IMG/VR virus record: IMGVR_UViG_3300037634_000578
Coordinates: 1 to 36,299 of that record
DNA length: 36,299 bases
DNA from: a virus
Taxonomy: Duplodnaviria; Caudoviricetes
Reading direction: 5' to 3' (one strand)
The position numbers were made by a program, and so were the translations under genes. This document shows positions 17,525 through 27,452 of the stretch, piece by piece (the first letter of the stretch is position 1; every line of letters begins with the position of its first letter). The notes under the pieces were generated by a model. The model searched no databases. It worked only from the letters and a program-made list of their open reading frames with translations, and was not told the origin of the DNA.

Positions 17525-17560
17525 AGGAGACATCTTATTCAGGTGTCTCCTATATTTTTA
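17525..17560 (+). terminator. Stem-loop between SSB and the glycosylation operon (terminator or 5' leader hairpin)
   Basis: AGGAGACATC / GGTGTCTCCT stem (one G-U), then ATATTTTT. Immediately preceded by CTATAATA at 17517-17524. Confidence 0.6.
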
Positions 17561-17562
17561 CC

Positions 17563-18708
17563 ATGAGTGATAAATTAAAAATACTGGCTGCTCCCGCCAA
17601 TGAGGGAGGATGTGCATACTATAGAATTATCGCACCGTATAGAAAGCTGGAAGAACTGTATCCTGACCAAGTAGAGGTGCGCTGGGATAAGAACCCTTTA
17701 GGAATAGACGAGAAGACTGGTCGCTGGCAAGAGGGTTGGGACTATGAAAATCTAAAGTGGTGTGATGTTGTTGTTACTGGTAACTTGAGCAACTTCGGAG
17801 GAAACTACACGGCAAGGATTGTAGGAAAGGCCAAGGAGTTTGATAAGTTTGTCCATTATGATACGGATGACCTACTGACAGATCTGTACGAAGGGCACAG
17901 GCTTTACGGAGTTTATAAAGAAAAAGGTCTTAGTGAAATCACTAAGTTTATTTATAATAACTCTGATCTAGTTACCGTCACCCAGAGGAAGTTTGCAGAA
18001 AGGATAAAGCCTTTTTGCCGACACACTTTAGCTGTGATTAAGAACTGTGTGGATTATAACCTGCCTGCCTGGAATATGCAGCGACTAATGACTAAGAAGA
18101 ATTATTGTCGCTTTGGTTGGGCAGGAGGAATCCACCATGAGCAGGACGTAAAGTACTTTGCAGGTGTCCCTCAAATGGTTAATCAGCGAGCAGGGAGAGA
18201 GAATGTAAGGTGGGATTTTTATGGGGCACCTCCTCCTAACACCCCAGAAGATGATTGGCAAATAGAGGTTTGGAAGAACTATAAAAACATTATCATGAGG
18301 GGCTTTAAAGGCCAACCAAATTTCACTATTAATTATGCTCTTCCTGCTGACAGGTATGGACAATTCTTTACGAATATGGATATTGCTGTGGCTCCTCTCG
18401 AAATGAATCCCTTTAATGATTCTAAGTCGGAGATTAAAGTTGCGGAGTGTGGGAGATATGCCATTCCGTTAGTTGCTTCAAATGTAGGGTGCTATGACGA
18501 GTGGATTGTGAATGGGGAGACTGGCTTTTTGATAGATCCTGATAAGGGAACCAAAGAGTGGGTTAAGATTTTGACGAAATTAGCTAAGGATAAAAAGTTG
18601 CGAGAAAGGATGGGCCGCAATCTTAAAAAGATAACAGATGAGAATTTTGATATGAATAAAAATGTCAAGGACCGCTTAGATCTGTACAAAAAATTAATAA
18701 ATGAGTAG
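17563..18708 (+). CDS. Glycosyltransferase, GT-B fold (GT4-like)
   Basis: GCAYYRI, YDTDDLL, FGWAGG..H..D, DIAVAPL...FNDSKSEIK..E, VASNVGCY, GETGFL. Confidence 0.9.
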   Translation: MSDKLKILAAPANEGGCAYYRIIAPYRKLEELYPDQVEVRWDKNPLGIDEKTGRWQEGWDYENLKWCDVVVTGNLSNFGGNYTARIVGKAKEFDKFVHYDTDDLLTDLYEGHRLYGVYKEKGLSEITKFIYNNSDLVTVTQRKFAERIKPFCRHTLAVIKNCVDYNLPAWNMQRLMTKKNYCRFGWAGGIHHEQDVKYFAGVPQMVNQRAGRENVRWDFYGAPPPNTPEDDWQIEVWKNYKNIIMRGFKGQPNFTINYALPADRYGQFFTNMDIAVAPLEMNPFNDSKSEIKVAECGRYAIPLVASNVGCYDEWIVNGETGFLIDPDKGTKEWVKILTKLAKDKKLRERMGRNLKKITDENFDMNKNVKDRLDLYKKLINE

Positions 18709-19489
18709 TGTTAAGATTTTGAGTGGGTGGTCGAACCCTGGTGGCTCGACGGTACACCACATAGCTCTAACGAATTTGTTAAATTCCAAGGGCGTCGCTT
18801 GTACGTTTTATGGTCCTCACGAGTATCATTTGGATAAATGTAAGGGGGAGAAGATTGATAAAATCTTGATTACTCCCGAGGATATTTTAATATCCCATTT
18901 TTTAAATGTGCCTAATACTCCAGGGGGTTGGAGACAACATATTCTTAGTTGTCACGAGACTAATTTATTTCCGTTAGCTCACTTAACCTCAGATCAAATT
19001 ACCACATACGATACTATCCAATACGTAAGCAACCGTCAAAAGGAGTGGCATAGCGTGGATCACCCTTCGGTGGTTATTCCTCCTATCGTCGCTCAGATAG
19101 ACTGGGCCACTCCTGAGAATAAGTGTGCTGGCGTAATTGGAAGTATCGACTCTCACAAACAACCTCATTTGTCTATTCAAGCTGCATTGGATGATGGTTT
19201 TAATCAAGTGCTTTTATTTGGTGAGATTACGGAGTCACCTTACTTTAATGAGAAAGTTAGTCCTTACGTTGAAAGAGGACAGGCTGCGCTCAGAGGCCAT
19301 GAGAGCGACCGTAAGGCGATGTACGAGCAGATCGAAGCGGTATACCATTCCTCCCTTCGGGAGACCTACGGGCTCGTAGAGGCCGAGTGTAGGCTTGCTG
19401 GGATCCCCTTCGTCGGAACGTCCAATGAGCAGCCGATCCTTACAAAAGATGAAATATGGGAGAGATGGGAAGAATGTCTGAATCTATAA
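18701..19489 (+). CDS. Glycosyltransferase, compact GT-B (GT4-like)
   Basis: N-terminal PGGS, IGSIDSHK, SSLRETYGLVEAEC..AGIP (ExFGL..xE motif). Confidence 0.8.
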   Translation: MSSVKILSGWSNPGGSTVHHIALTNLLNSKGVACTFYGPHEYHLDKCKGEKIDKILITPEDILISHFLNVPNTPGGWRQHILSCHETNLFPLAHLTSDQITTYDTIQYVSNRQKEWHSVDHPSVVIPPIVAQIDWATPENKCAGVIGSIDSHKQPHLSIQAALDDGFNQVLLFGEITESPYFNEKVSPYVERGQAALRGHESDRKAMYEQIEAVYHSSLRETYGLVEAECRLAGIPFVGTSNEQPILTKDEIWERWEECLNL

Positions 19490-20217
19490 CTGTAATACTT
19501 AATTGCTACAAAAGACCTGAGTACCTTGAGGAGCAAATAAAGGCTATTCGAGCACAAAGCATTCCTCCTGAGAGTATATGGCTGTGGGTTAACAGCACTA
19601 AGGCGAATAGAAAAACTAAATTTTATAATCTTGGACTAGACAAGGTATTTAAGTCTGATACAAACTGTAAGTACCATGCTAGGTTTGCAATAGGGCTTAT
19701 CGCTCAAACTGATTATGTTGCTTTTTTTGATGATGATACTATTCCTGGGAAAAAGTGGTTTGAAAATTGCCTAAATACAATGGAGGAAACTCCTGGTATT
19801 TTAGGGGGGGCTGGTTGCGTCCTTCAAAGCAGGAGTTATGTGCAGCATCGTAGGATGGGTTGGCCTACTCAAAATGAGTTTACGGAGCCTGTCGATCTAG
19901 TAGGTCACGCATGGTTTATGAGACGAGATGATTTAAATCATATGTGGAGTGAGACTCCCTTTACCTTAGAGAACGGAGAGGATATACAGTTGGGGTATTT
20001 GGCTAAAAAGAACGGAGGGGTCCAATGTTATTGTCCTCCTCATCCTGTAGATAAGCCTGAACTGCATAGCTCCTTAAAGGCAGAGCAATACGGGAACGAT
20101 GCTAAAGCTTCTTCTAATGGAGGGTTAATGTCTATCCCTCAATTTTACGAACAAAGAGATCAGTGCATAGATTATGGAATAACGAACGGATGGGAAACGG
20201 TGTTAGGTGTTAAATGA
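19474..20217 (+). CDS. Glycosyltransferase family 2 (GT-A)
   Basis: ITVILNCYKRPEYL, YVAFFDDDTIPG (DxD), GEDI. Start taken at MSESIT (19474). Confidence 0.85.
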   Translation: MSESITVILNCYKRPEYLEEQIKAIRAQSIPPESIWLWVNSTKANRKTKFYNLGLDKVFKSDTNCKYHARFAIGLIAQTDYVAFFDDDTIPGKKWFENCLNTMEETPGILGGAGCVLQSRSYVQHRRMGWPTQNEFTEPVDLVGHAWFMRRDDLNHMWSETPFTLENGEDIQLGYLAKKNGGVQCYCPPHPVDKPELHSSLKAEQYGNDAKASSNGGLMSIPQFYEQRDQCIDYGITNGWETVLGVK

Positions 20218-21203
20218 TTTTATTAAGCTATGGAACTCGGCCCGAATATATTAAGCTTTTACCTCTTATAAAAGAGCTAAAAAAAGAAAATTTACCCGTT
20301 AAGATAGTTCAGATTGGACAACACACTAGTTTATTAAACGACGATTATGATGATCGGTTACAAGTTTTTAAGAGAGAAAATAGACTAGATTCGATTGTAA
20401 CCTCCGTGCTTGCTCATGGGAACCATTTATATAAAGGAATTTCGCATGTGGTAGTTCAAGGAGATACAACAAGTGCTATGGCAGTAGGCTTAGGAGCTTT
20501 TCATAGGGAAATCCCAGTGTACCATATAGAAGCTGGATTGCGGACGGGAGATAAACAGAACCCCTATCCTGAAGAGGCAAATAGGCGAATTTTATCAGCT
20601 ATAGCTTCTACTCATTTTTGTCCTACTAAAAAGGATAAAATAAATTTGATAGTAGAGGGGTTTGAAAAAGATAAAATTGTAGTTACTGGAAATACAGCAA
20701 TTGATAATTTGAAGGGAATTAAAAGTGGAAGTAGTCAAGAGATTTTGGTTACGATGCATAGGAGAGAAAACTTAGACAGTTTAGATTCTTGGTTTTCTTC
20801 TATTGAGGAGTTAGCAGAGAAGTATCCTCAGTACAAGTTTGTATGCCCTGCTCACCCTAATCCCTTAGTCCAGCATCACGCGAGGGACATTTTTAAAAAG
20901 GTGCGTGTTATTAAACCTTTAGAGCATTTAGAAATGGTCAGACGTATTGCAAAGTGTAAGCTTGTAATCACTGATAGCGGAGGAATTCAGGAAGAATGTA
21001 GTTGGTTCAAAAAGCTATGTTTTGTTTGTCGAATGGCTACTGAGAGGCCCTCTCAATCAGGAGTTCTCTGTAGACACCCTCACATCCTTGTTGATAATTT
21101 TAAATTAAATCATAATCGAGTGATAACACAAACCTGCCCTTTTGGAGATGGAAATGCAGCAAGAAAAATCGCAGAACAAATCTGCCAAGACGTTCTCAAG
21201 TGA
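20214..21203 (+). CDS. wecB: UDP-N-acetylglucosamine 2-epimerase (non-hydrolysing)
   Basis: GTRPEYIK, GQH, VQGDTTS, HIEAGLRT, PYPEEANR, TGNTAID, HRREN, TDSGGIQEE, TERP, PFGDGNAA. Confidence 0.93.
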   Translation: MILLSYGTRPEYIKLLPLIKELKKENLPVKIVQIGQHTSLLNDDYDDRLQVFKRENRLDSIVTSVLAHGNHLYKGISHVVVQGDTTSAMAVGLGAFHREIPVYHIEAGLRTGDKQNPYPEEANRRILSAIASTHFCPTKKDKINLIVEGFEKDKIVVTGNTAIDNLKGIKSGSSQEILVTMHRRENLDSLDSWFSSIEELAEKYPQYKFVCPAHPNPLVQHHARDIFKKVRVIKPLEHLEMVRRIAKCKLVITDSGGIQEECSWFKKLCFVCRMATERPSQSGVLCRHPHILVDNFKLNHNRVITQTCPFGDGNAARKIAEQICQDVLK

Positions 21204-21984
21204 GTTTGATAAGCTATTTCAGAAGCTGAAGGATAATGAGCCCTTTGCTTTTAGCCGATTTTCAGATGGAGAGGTTTACATCCTTAAAGGAGAGAAGTTA
21301 GTTCTAGCTCCCGACCATTACATTACAGGGGAAAGGTCAGGAGGAGGGGTTTATACTAAAGAGGAGCATAAAAGCTTCGACCCCGAGAAGGACTCGTTCT
21401 TCCAGGAAAAACTTATAGAAGCTTTACAGCATAGGCAGCACAACTACTTTAAAGGGTTAACTGGTGTAGCTGATGAGGATATTGCAGGGAAGGATGCTTT
21501 TCAGTTTCAGTTAGATCTATGTGGGGAAGGAGACGAAGACCACCTTACTTTTTCTAACCTGTTTATTAACAATAATTACCCCCGATTCATGCAGGAGATG
21601 CTTCCTGTAATTTGTGAAAAGGAAATAGTTGTTATAGCTAATGAAGCTGTTAACTTGGATGAGTTACCTCTAAAAGTTATTAAGCGTTTCAATGTTGGAA
21701 GCAATTGTATCATTAATGATTACCATTTAGTTGAAGAGATTAAGAACTGGATTGCCTCAAACCATATTGATGATACGATATTCCTATTCTCCGCTTCTAC
21801 CTTGAGTAATTACATTATTCATGAATGTTTTAAAGAGCATAGTAATAATACTTATTTAGATATAGGTAGTTGTTTAAATCCGTGGATGGGCTTGGAAGGA
21901 TGGAAACACAGCCGAGCATACTTACAGCATTGGATATTAAAAATGCCTAACAAGTATGGAACCCAAGTTGACACATGGATTTAG
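21142..21984 (+). CDS. GT-D fold (DUF1792-like) putative glycosyltransferase
   Basis: FAFSRFSDGE near the N-terminus and YLDIGS near the C-terminus. Confidence 0.7.
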   Translation: MEMEMQQEKSQNKSAKTFSSEFDKLFQKLKDNEPFAFSRFSDGEVYILKGEKLVLAPDHYITGERSGGGVYTKEEHKSFDPEKDSFFQEKLIEALQHRQHNYFKGLTGVADEDIAGKDAFQFQLDLCGEGDEDHLTFSNLFINNNYPRFMQEMLPVICEKEIVVIANEAVNLDELPLKVIKRFNVGSNCIINDYHLVEEIKNWIASNHIDDTIFLFSASTLSNYIIHECFKEHSNNTYLDIGSCLNPWMGLEGWKHSRAYLQHWILKMPNKYGTQVDTWI

Positions 21985-22343
21985 TTTTAATAACGCCCGA
22001 CTACTACGAGTTTGTTAGGGAACTGCGACTGCATCCTGAAACTAAGAGTGGATTCTTAGAGGAGGCAACCATTACGCCTGAGCAGCAAATCAAATATATG
22101 GAAAGGCATAGGTATAATTATTATATCTGTCTATTATATGGTAGCCCAGTGGGGTATGTGGGGGCCATAAATAGTGATATACGGTTCTGCACAGACCCCG
22201 ATTTTCAGGGTATGGGAGTGGGGTCATTTATGCTCTCGAAAATTAAAAAACTATACCCTGAAGCCACAGGACGGATTCTTAAGGACAATATTGGGAGCCA
22301 GAGAGTGTTCGATAAGTGTGGCATAGACTATAAGATTATATGA
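21975..22343 (+). CDS. GNAT N-acetyltransferase (PseH-like)
   Basis: PDFQGMGVG acetyl-CoA motif A and NIGSQRVF.K.G. Adjacent to an aminotransferase. Confidence 0.85.
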   Translation: MDLVLITPDYYEFVRELRLHPETKSGFLEEATITPEQQIKYMERHRYNYYICLLYGSPVGYVGAINSDIRFCTDPDFQGMGVGSFMLSKIKKLYPEATGRILKDNIGSQRVFDKCGIDYKII

Positions 22344-22960
22344 AGAGGATCGTCCATAATCCGTACAAAATCGTAAAGATGTTTGAGGAAGAGGTAGCTG
22401 AATACACAGGGGCTCCTTACGCTGTCTCTGTAGATAGTTGTACAAATGCTATCTTTCTGTGCTGTAAGTATTTGAATGTAACACAAGTTACTATTCCAAA
22501 GCACACTTACTTGTCTGTACCAATGTCTATCATCCACTCTGGAGCGGAGGTAGTCTTTGAGGATAGAGATTGGTCAGGGATGTACAAGCTTAAACCCTAC
22601 CCTATATTTGATGCTGCTAAACGGTTTACCTCCGATATGTATGTTCCAGGCTCTTATATGTGCCTCTCGTTTCACATTAAAAAACTTCTTCCACTAGGCA
22701 AAGGTGGCATCATTCTTACGGACAATAAATATGCTGCTGAGTGGTTTAGGAAAGCACGATACGAGGGTAGGAGCGAGAAGAACTATCATGAGGATGATAT
22801 TGATATGTTAGGGTGGAATATGTATATGACCCCGCAACAGGCGTCTCATGGGTTAGCTCTCATGCAGAATTACCCAGAGCATGTAGAAGATCTCGGAGAG
22901 AATAATGGCTACCGAGATCTAACCACTAACACAGTATTTAAGGACTGCAAAGTATTATGA
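22340..22960 (+). CDS. DegT/DnrJ/EryC1/StrS-family PLP aminotransferase (unusually short)
   Basis: FEEEVAEY.G..YAVSVDSCTNA, DAA, SFHIKK...GKGG, GWNMYM. Only 206 aa. Confidence 0.85.
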   Translation: MKRIVHNPYKIVKMFEEEVAEYTGAPYAVSVDSCTNAIFLCCKYLNVTQVTIPKHTYLSVPMSIIHSGAEVVFEDRDWSGMYKLKPYPIFDAAKRFTSDMYVPGSYMCLSFHIKKLLPLGKGGIILTDNKYAAEWFRKARYEGRSEKNYHEDDIDMLGWNMYMTPQQASHGLALMQNYPEHVEDLGENNGYRDLTTNTVFKDCKVL

Positions 22961-23853
22961 TTCACATAGTAACACTACATTTTGGAACACAGGCTTGGTT
23001 TGATATTCAGAAAAGATATATCACTAAGTACACTACGGGCGATTATAAAGTATGGATCGGCACATATAGAAACGAAATCCCTGAAGACTTTGATTTGCCT
23101 GACAACTGGCAGCACATGGATTTAGATAAAGACTACCCTTCAGATGGTATTAATGAGCATTATGCTCAGACAGAGTTTATGTACTCTAATTATTTAAGGG
23201 ATGAGATGAAGGATGACGATGTGCTTATTTTTATTGATAGTGATGCATTTCCAGTCACGGACAAATGGACACAGAAGATTCAAAATCTTTTTGAGAGTGG
23301 ATCAGAGGACGGTCCTTGCGATGTATTAGGGATAGCTCAGCCAGAGAATAAAGGAATAGCGGCAACTGACGATTACGATCCATACCCTGACCTATGTTTT
23401 TTCGCAACCACTAAAAAGGTTTGGGAAGATAATAATTTAGAGTGGGGCCTATTCTTACCCAAACACCAGAACCCTGGCTTCGGAATGCTAGACCGTATTA
23501 AAGCTGCAGACCTTGCATTAATGTATATTCAAAGAACAAATAGCTTCGAAGCTAACAGTGTCATGTTTGGTGTATATGGTGATATGATTTACCACCAGCA
23601 TTGTGGTTCAAGAGCGATTATAGGGCGACCCCTGGCAACTAACAAAGCCAAAGCCATGAATAAAAGACAATGCTATACAGGTCGTGACCTTTCTTACCGA
23701 CTGTCCCTAGGTAATTTCTTTGAAGTAGAGTTCGAAGACGTATGCCCCGATATCATTGAGACGAATACGGCTATCTTTGATATAATTTATGAAAGACTGG
23801 TAAAAGATGCAGACGCTAATTTTGTACCTCGTTATTTCTTAGGAAGACCATGA
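22957..23853 (+). CDS. Putative GT-A glycosyltransferase-like protein
   Basis: IHIVT N-terminal strand and LIFIDSDAFP DxD motif. Operon context. Confidence 0.6.
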   Translation: MIHIVTLHFGTQAWFDIQKRYITKYTTGDYKVWIGTYRNEIPEDFDLPDNWQHMDLDKDYPSDGINEHYAQTEFMYSNYLRDEMKDDDVLIFIDSDAFPVTDKWTQKIQNLFESGSEDGPCDVLGIAQPENKGIAATDDYDPYPDLCFFATTKKVWEDNNLEWGLFLPKHQNPGFGMLDRIKAADLALMYIQRTNSFEANSVMFGVYGDMIYHQHCGSRAIIGRPLATNKAKAMNKRQCYTGRDLSYRLSLGNFFEVEFEDVCPDIIETNTAIFDIIYERLVKDADANFVPRYFLGRP

Positions 23854-24581
23854 TTAAGGAACTTGCTATCATAACAAACACTCACTCTAAAAATAGTGAT
23901 TTATGGGAAGCGTACATTGGACAGATACAGAAGTACATGGATGAACCTTTGTACTTTTTTACAGATCAACATCCTCCCTTTGATACTTCGGGGGTGGAGT
24001 CTCTGCTATATGACGCAACTTTCAACTTTAGAACACAGTTTCTACAGGGTCTAGTTCATGTTAATCATGAGTTTTGTTTGTACATGAATGAGGATTATCT
24101 TTTATATGACAACCCAGATAAGAAAAAATTGTCTGAGTACATTCAAGTTCTACGAGACAACCCCCAACTCTCTTTTATTAGATTAGGAAAGGGCATAGAT
24201 CACTTTAACTATCCAGTGACAAAGACGCTCAATTATTTGGATGTTAGGAACCCCTATTTTTATTCACAAACTGCGACTCTTTGGAAAACAAATCATCTAA
24301 AAGCAGTTCACGTTCATGGGCCTGATTTGCACATAGGAGGGGAGGATATGTCCCAACAGTTTGAAGTTGCTGCCCATAAAACCTGTTATGATTTGGGAAT
24401 TCAGGGAATGTATCATTATGACGGTGAATCCAAGCGTGGAGAACATCACTATGATTCAAATGTATTCCCGTATACTGCCTCTGCCTTAGTTAAGGGTAAG
24501 TGGTGTTCGGAGTACAAAAAAGAACTTCTTCCTATTTTTGAAGAGTACGGAATTGATAAAGACAGTAGAGAGTGGACATAA
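23850..24581 (+). CDS. Putative GT-A glycosyltransferase-like protein
   Basis: THSKNSDLW, LYMNEDYLL, FIRL, Q.TLWK, KGKW pattern seen in polysaccharide-locus proteins. Confidence 0.6.
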   Translation: MIKELAIITNTHSKNSDLWEAYIGQIQKYMDEPLYFFTDQHPPFDTSGVESLLYDATFNFRTQFLQGLVHVNHEFCLYMNEDYLLYDNPDKKKLSEYIQVLRDNPQLSFIRLGKGIDHFNYPVTKTLNYLDVRNPYFYSQTATLWKTNHLKAVHVHGPDLHIGGEDMSQQFEVAAHKTCYDLGIQGMYHYDGESKRGEHHYDSNVFPYTASALVKGKWCSEYKKELLPIFEEYGIDKDSREWT

Positions 24582-25306
24582 TGAAACTGATACAAAATAA
24601 TAAAGATAATATCACGGGATTCTCTGTGGTAGAGGGTACTGATTTTGGAGTTGACGAAGACAATAAAAAGGCTATGGGATACCAGCACCATGACGCATTA
24701 TGGTGGGGTGGGGTAGACAAGGTTGAAGCTTCTAGACCTAAGACGATGGATTTCGACCAGACTATGAACTGGTTTAAATCCATGTTTGCTTATGTCGCTA
24801 GACAAACTTTAGATGTTTACAACCCAGACTCATTGTTAGAGTTAGGTTGCGGTAGTGGTTTAATGTCTAGGATTTTTAAGCGTTACAAACCCGACATGGT
24901 TGTGGCTACTGTGGACGCAAATCAAGTGGTGAAAGAGAAGAGTCCTTATGTTGGAGAGAATCATTTCCTAGCTAGATCTGATAAGAAATTAGATATTACA
25001 GACGAGGACGGCAAGAGAAAGTTCTTTGATGTGGTTATATCTCTAGAACATTTCGAGCACATCCCCCCAGAAACTTGTGATACTATGATGGAGAACATTA
25101 GAGATCATACGCAGCCAGGAGCACACCTCATATTTACTGCTGCTGAATGGGAGTATGAGGACGATCAGAACCATATACATTGTAATGCACAGACGGAGGA
25201 GTACTGGCAGGATTATGTGGTCAAGTTTGGGTTTGAGGTTATTGAGAATCCTTTTACAATCGGTAGAGCGGGAGACACCTGGGAAGTTTTCGCTAGGAGA
25301 GTGTAA
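24572..25306 (+). CDS. Class I SAM-dependent methyltransferase
   Basis: LLELGCGSG, FDVVISLEHFEHI, HIHCN....YW. Confidence 0.9.
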   Translation: MDIMKLIQNNKDNITGFSVVEGTDFGVDEDNKKAMGYQHHDALWWGGVDKVEASRPKTMDFDQTMNWFKSMFAYVARQTLDVYNPDSLLELGCGSGLMSRIFKRYKPDMVVATVDANQVVKEKSPYVGENHFLARSDKKLDITDEDGKRKFFDVVISLEHFEHIPPETCDTMMENIRDHTQPGAHLIFTAAEWEYEDDQNHIHCNAQTEEYWQDYVVKFGFEVIENPFTIGRAGDTWEVFARRV

Positions 25307-26277
25307 TGTTTGTTTGTACGGATCTAAGAGCAGAGGTGCCCGACACTAATGCCCACTCTTTTGGTTTAGAAAAGCATCATGATGAGGAGTCTTTTGATAA
25401 CTTGTATTACGGTTATGATGCAACCGTTCTAGCGTACAGATCAGGAAATAGACAAGTGATGATAAATCAGTGGGCACCTACTGAATTTGCTCAAGTTAAA
25501 GATCATCACGGATTAACTCCATTAGAGCATAGCGCATCCTCAACTGAAGTTTATTCAATCTGTCCATATACAGTGGATTGGTTAAATAAAGTTGATTCTC
25601 CAAAGTACAAGTATATCTTTTACCCCTTCAATAAAAAAGATATACCTTTCGCAACAGAGAAGGAATATGATGTATGTTACTTTGGGGGGATTCATTCTGT
25701 TATGCATCAAGAGTGTATGGCGGTTATGCGTCTTTTTAAGTATTGCTACATGACTATGGATCACGGCATTGGCCCACTAACTCAAGCTTATCTTCCTATG
25801 GCTACTCACATTAATCTCTCCCATAGAGAGAAGATCGTTCAAGTTGGGAAATGTAAGGTTTCTGTTTGTTATCATATCGTACCCTTATACGAGTTTCACA
25901 TAAAAAATATAAAGAGCTATCCAGAGTGGGAAAAGAACGAAGCATTTTCTCGTCTCGATCAGGCTATCCTGCCTCAATTCAAATCCAGAATGCATGAAGC
26001 TGCTATGGCAAGGACGCTTAATTTAGTCTATAGAGATCCGTGGGGAATCTCAGAGGACTATTACACTCCTGACGTTGATTTTGTTTACTTTGATTCTAAT
26101 GAAGAGTTAGAGGAGAAACTACAGCACATTCTAAATAACTGGGAAGACTACGAGAAAATGATTGAAAACGCCTATAATAAAGCGTTGAACTATACTACTG
26201 ATAGAATGTTCGATGTCATCAAAAAAGGAAAATTATGGAAACCAAAGAATGCAGATCGTGCGGATCTGATAGCTTAA
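25306..26277 (+). CDS. Putative glycosyltransferase (CgeB / GT-B C-terminal domain)
   Basis: KEYDVCYFG, KSRMHEAA, Y.PDVDFVYF...EL.EKL..IL...MIENAY.KA. Confidence 0.7.
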   Translation: MFVCTDLRAEVPDTNAHSFGLEKHHDEESFDNLYYGYDATVLAYRSGNRQVMINQWAPTEFAQVKDHHGLTPLEHSASSTEVYSICPYTVDWLNKVDSPKYKYIFYPFNKKDIPFATEKEYDVCYFGGIHSVMHQECMAVMRLFKYCYMTMDHGIGPLTQAYLPMATHINLSHREKIVQVGKCKVSVCYHIVPLYEFHIKNIKSYPEWEKNEAFSRLDQAILPQFKSRMHEAAMARTLNLVYRDPWGISEDYYTPDVDFVYFDSNEELEEKLQHILNNWEDYEKMIENAYNKALNYTTDRMFDVIKKGKLWKPKNADRADLIA

Positions 26278-27452
26278 TCTCTATCTTAGACTTAGGCGAT
26301 CAACCTTGGTGTAACGATCTAATTACTGCTAGGTACAGCAGTGATGAAACAAAGGTATATCCTCTGCATTTAGTTTCTTGCAGAGACTGCGATCTACTTC
26401 AATTAGATTATACGGTCCCTAAAGAGGTTATGTTTACAAAACACGGGTATTTGTCAGGTATGACTCAAACTCTCACAGACCATTTCTACGAAATTGCAAA
26501 AGAGAACGTAGAGCAGTTCAGCGTAGATTCCAAGGATTTGGTAGTAGACATTGGGGGAAATGACGGCACCCAGTTGTTCCAGTACATAAAGCTTGGCATC
26601 ACCAATGTAGCCAATGTAGAGTCTGCAAAGAATATTGCTGAGATCTCATCCCAAAGAGGTATTTTCACTATTAACCGATTCTTTAATGAGGAGACCGTTA
26701 AGAAGTCTTTTGCGGAAGGCGCAGCCAAAATTATTAATGCTGCGGGGGTTTTCTTTCATTTAGAGGAGTTGCATAGTGTGATTAAAGGTGTGAAGTATCT
26801 CCTCGCAGATGATGGTGTGTTTACTGTACAATGTATGTATGCGGGTGAGTTGGTCAAAAATGAAAGCTTTGATATGATCTATCATGAGCATCTCTGCTAC
26901 TACACCCTTAAGAGCTTAATGTCTCTTTTGCAACCCTATGGTTTGAATGTGTTTGATGCTTATCACTCCCCCATCCACAGTGGCTCTTTGATTGTTAAGG
27001 TGTGTCATGGTAAAAAGTACCCCTCCACTCCTCGAATGATGGAGACTTTGGAGATGGACAGTGAATTTAATTTAAGTAGCTTTCTTCGTTTTGGTGATAA
27101 GATGAGAAAAAAACGTGGACAACTGAAAGAGCGTCTGGAAAAGCTAAAGGAGAAGGGAAAAACCGTGTGGGCTTACGGGGCTCCTGCCAAGGGGAATACG
27201 CTTTTATGTTATGAAGGAATCGACTCCACTTTAGTAGACCGCGCCGTGGAGATCAATGAGTTAAAAATAGGTAAGTTACTGCCTGTCTCTAACATTCCTA
27301 TCCACCGTGAAGATTCATCGGAGTATCCTGATTATTATTTGCTCCTTTCCCATAATTTTGAGGAAGAGATTTTGGAAAGAAATAAAGATTTATTAGATAA
27401 GGGAGTTAAGTTTATTATTCCTTTTCCTGAAGTGCATGAGGTAAGTGCATGA
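26235..27452 (+). CDS. NDP-sugar C-methyltransferase (zinc-binding N-domain + SAM + C-terminal domain)
   Basis: CRSCG, LDLGDQP, CRDC.L.QL, DIGGNDG, FDMIYHEHLCYY, IHSGSL, YGAPAKGNT. Confidence 0.92.
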   Translation: METKECRSCGSDSLISILDLGDQPWCNDLITARYSSDETKVYPLHLVSCRDCDLLQLDYTVPKEVMFTKHGYLSGMTQTLTDHFYEIAKENVEQFSVDSKDLVVDIGGNDGTQLFQYIKLGITNVANVESAKNIAEISSQRGIFTINRFFNEETVKKSFAEGAAKIINAAGVFFHLEELHSVIKGVKYLLADDGVFTVQCMYAGELVKNESFDMIYHEHLCYYTLKSLMSLLQPYGLNVFDAYHSPIHSGSLIVKVCHGKKYPSTPRMMETLEMDSEFNLSSFLRFGDKMRKKRGQLKERLEKLKEKGKTVWAYGAPAKGNTLLCYEGIDSTLVDRAVEINELKIGKLLPVSNIPIHREDSSEYPDYYLLLSHNFEEEILERNKDLLDKGVKFIIPFPEVHEVSA

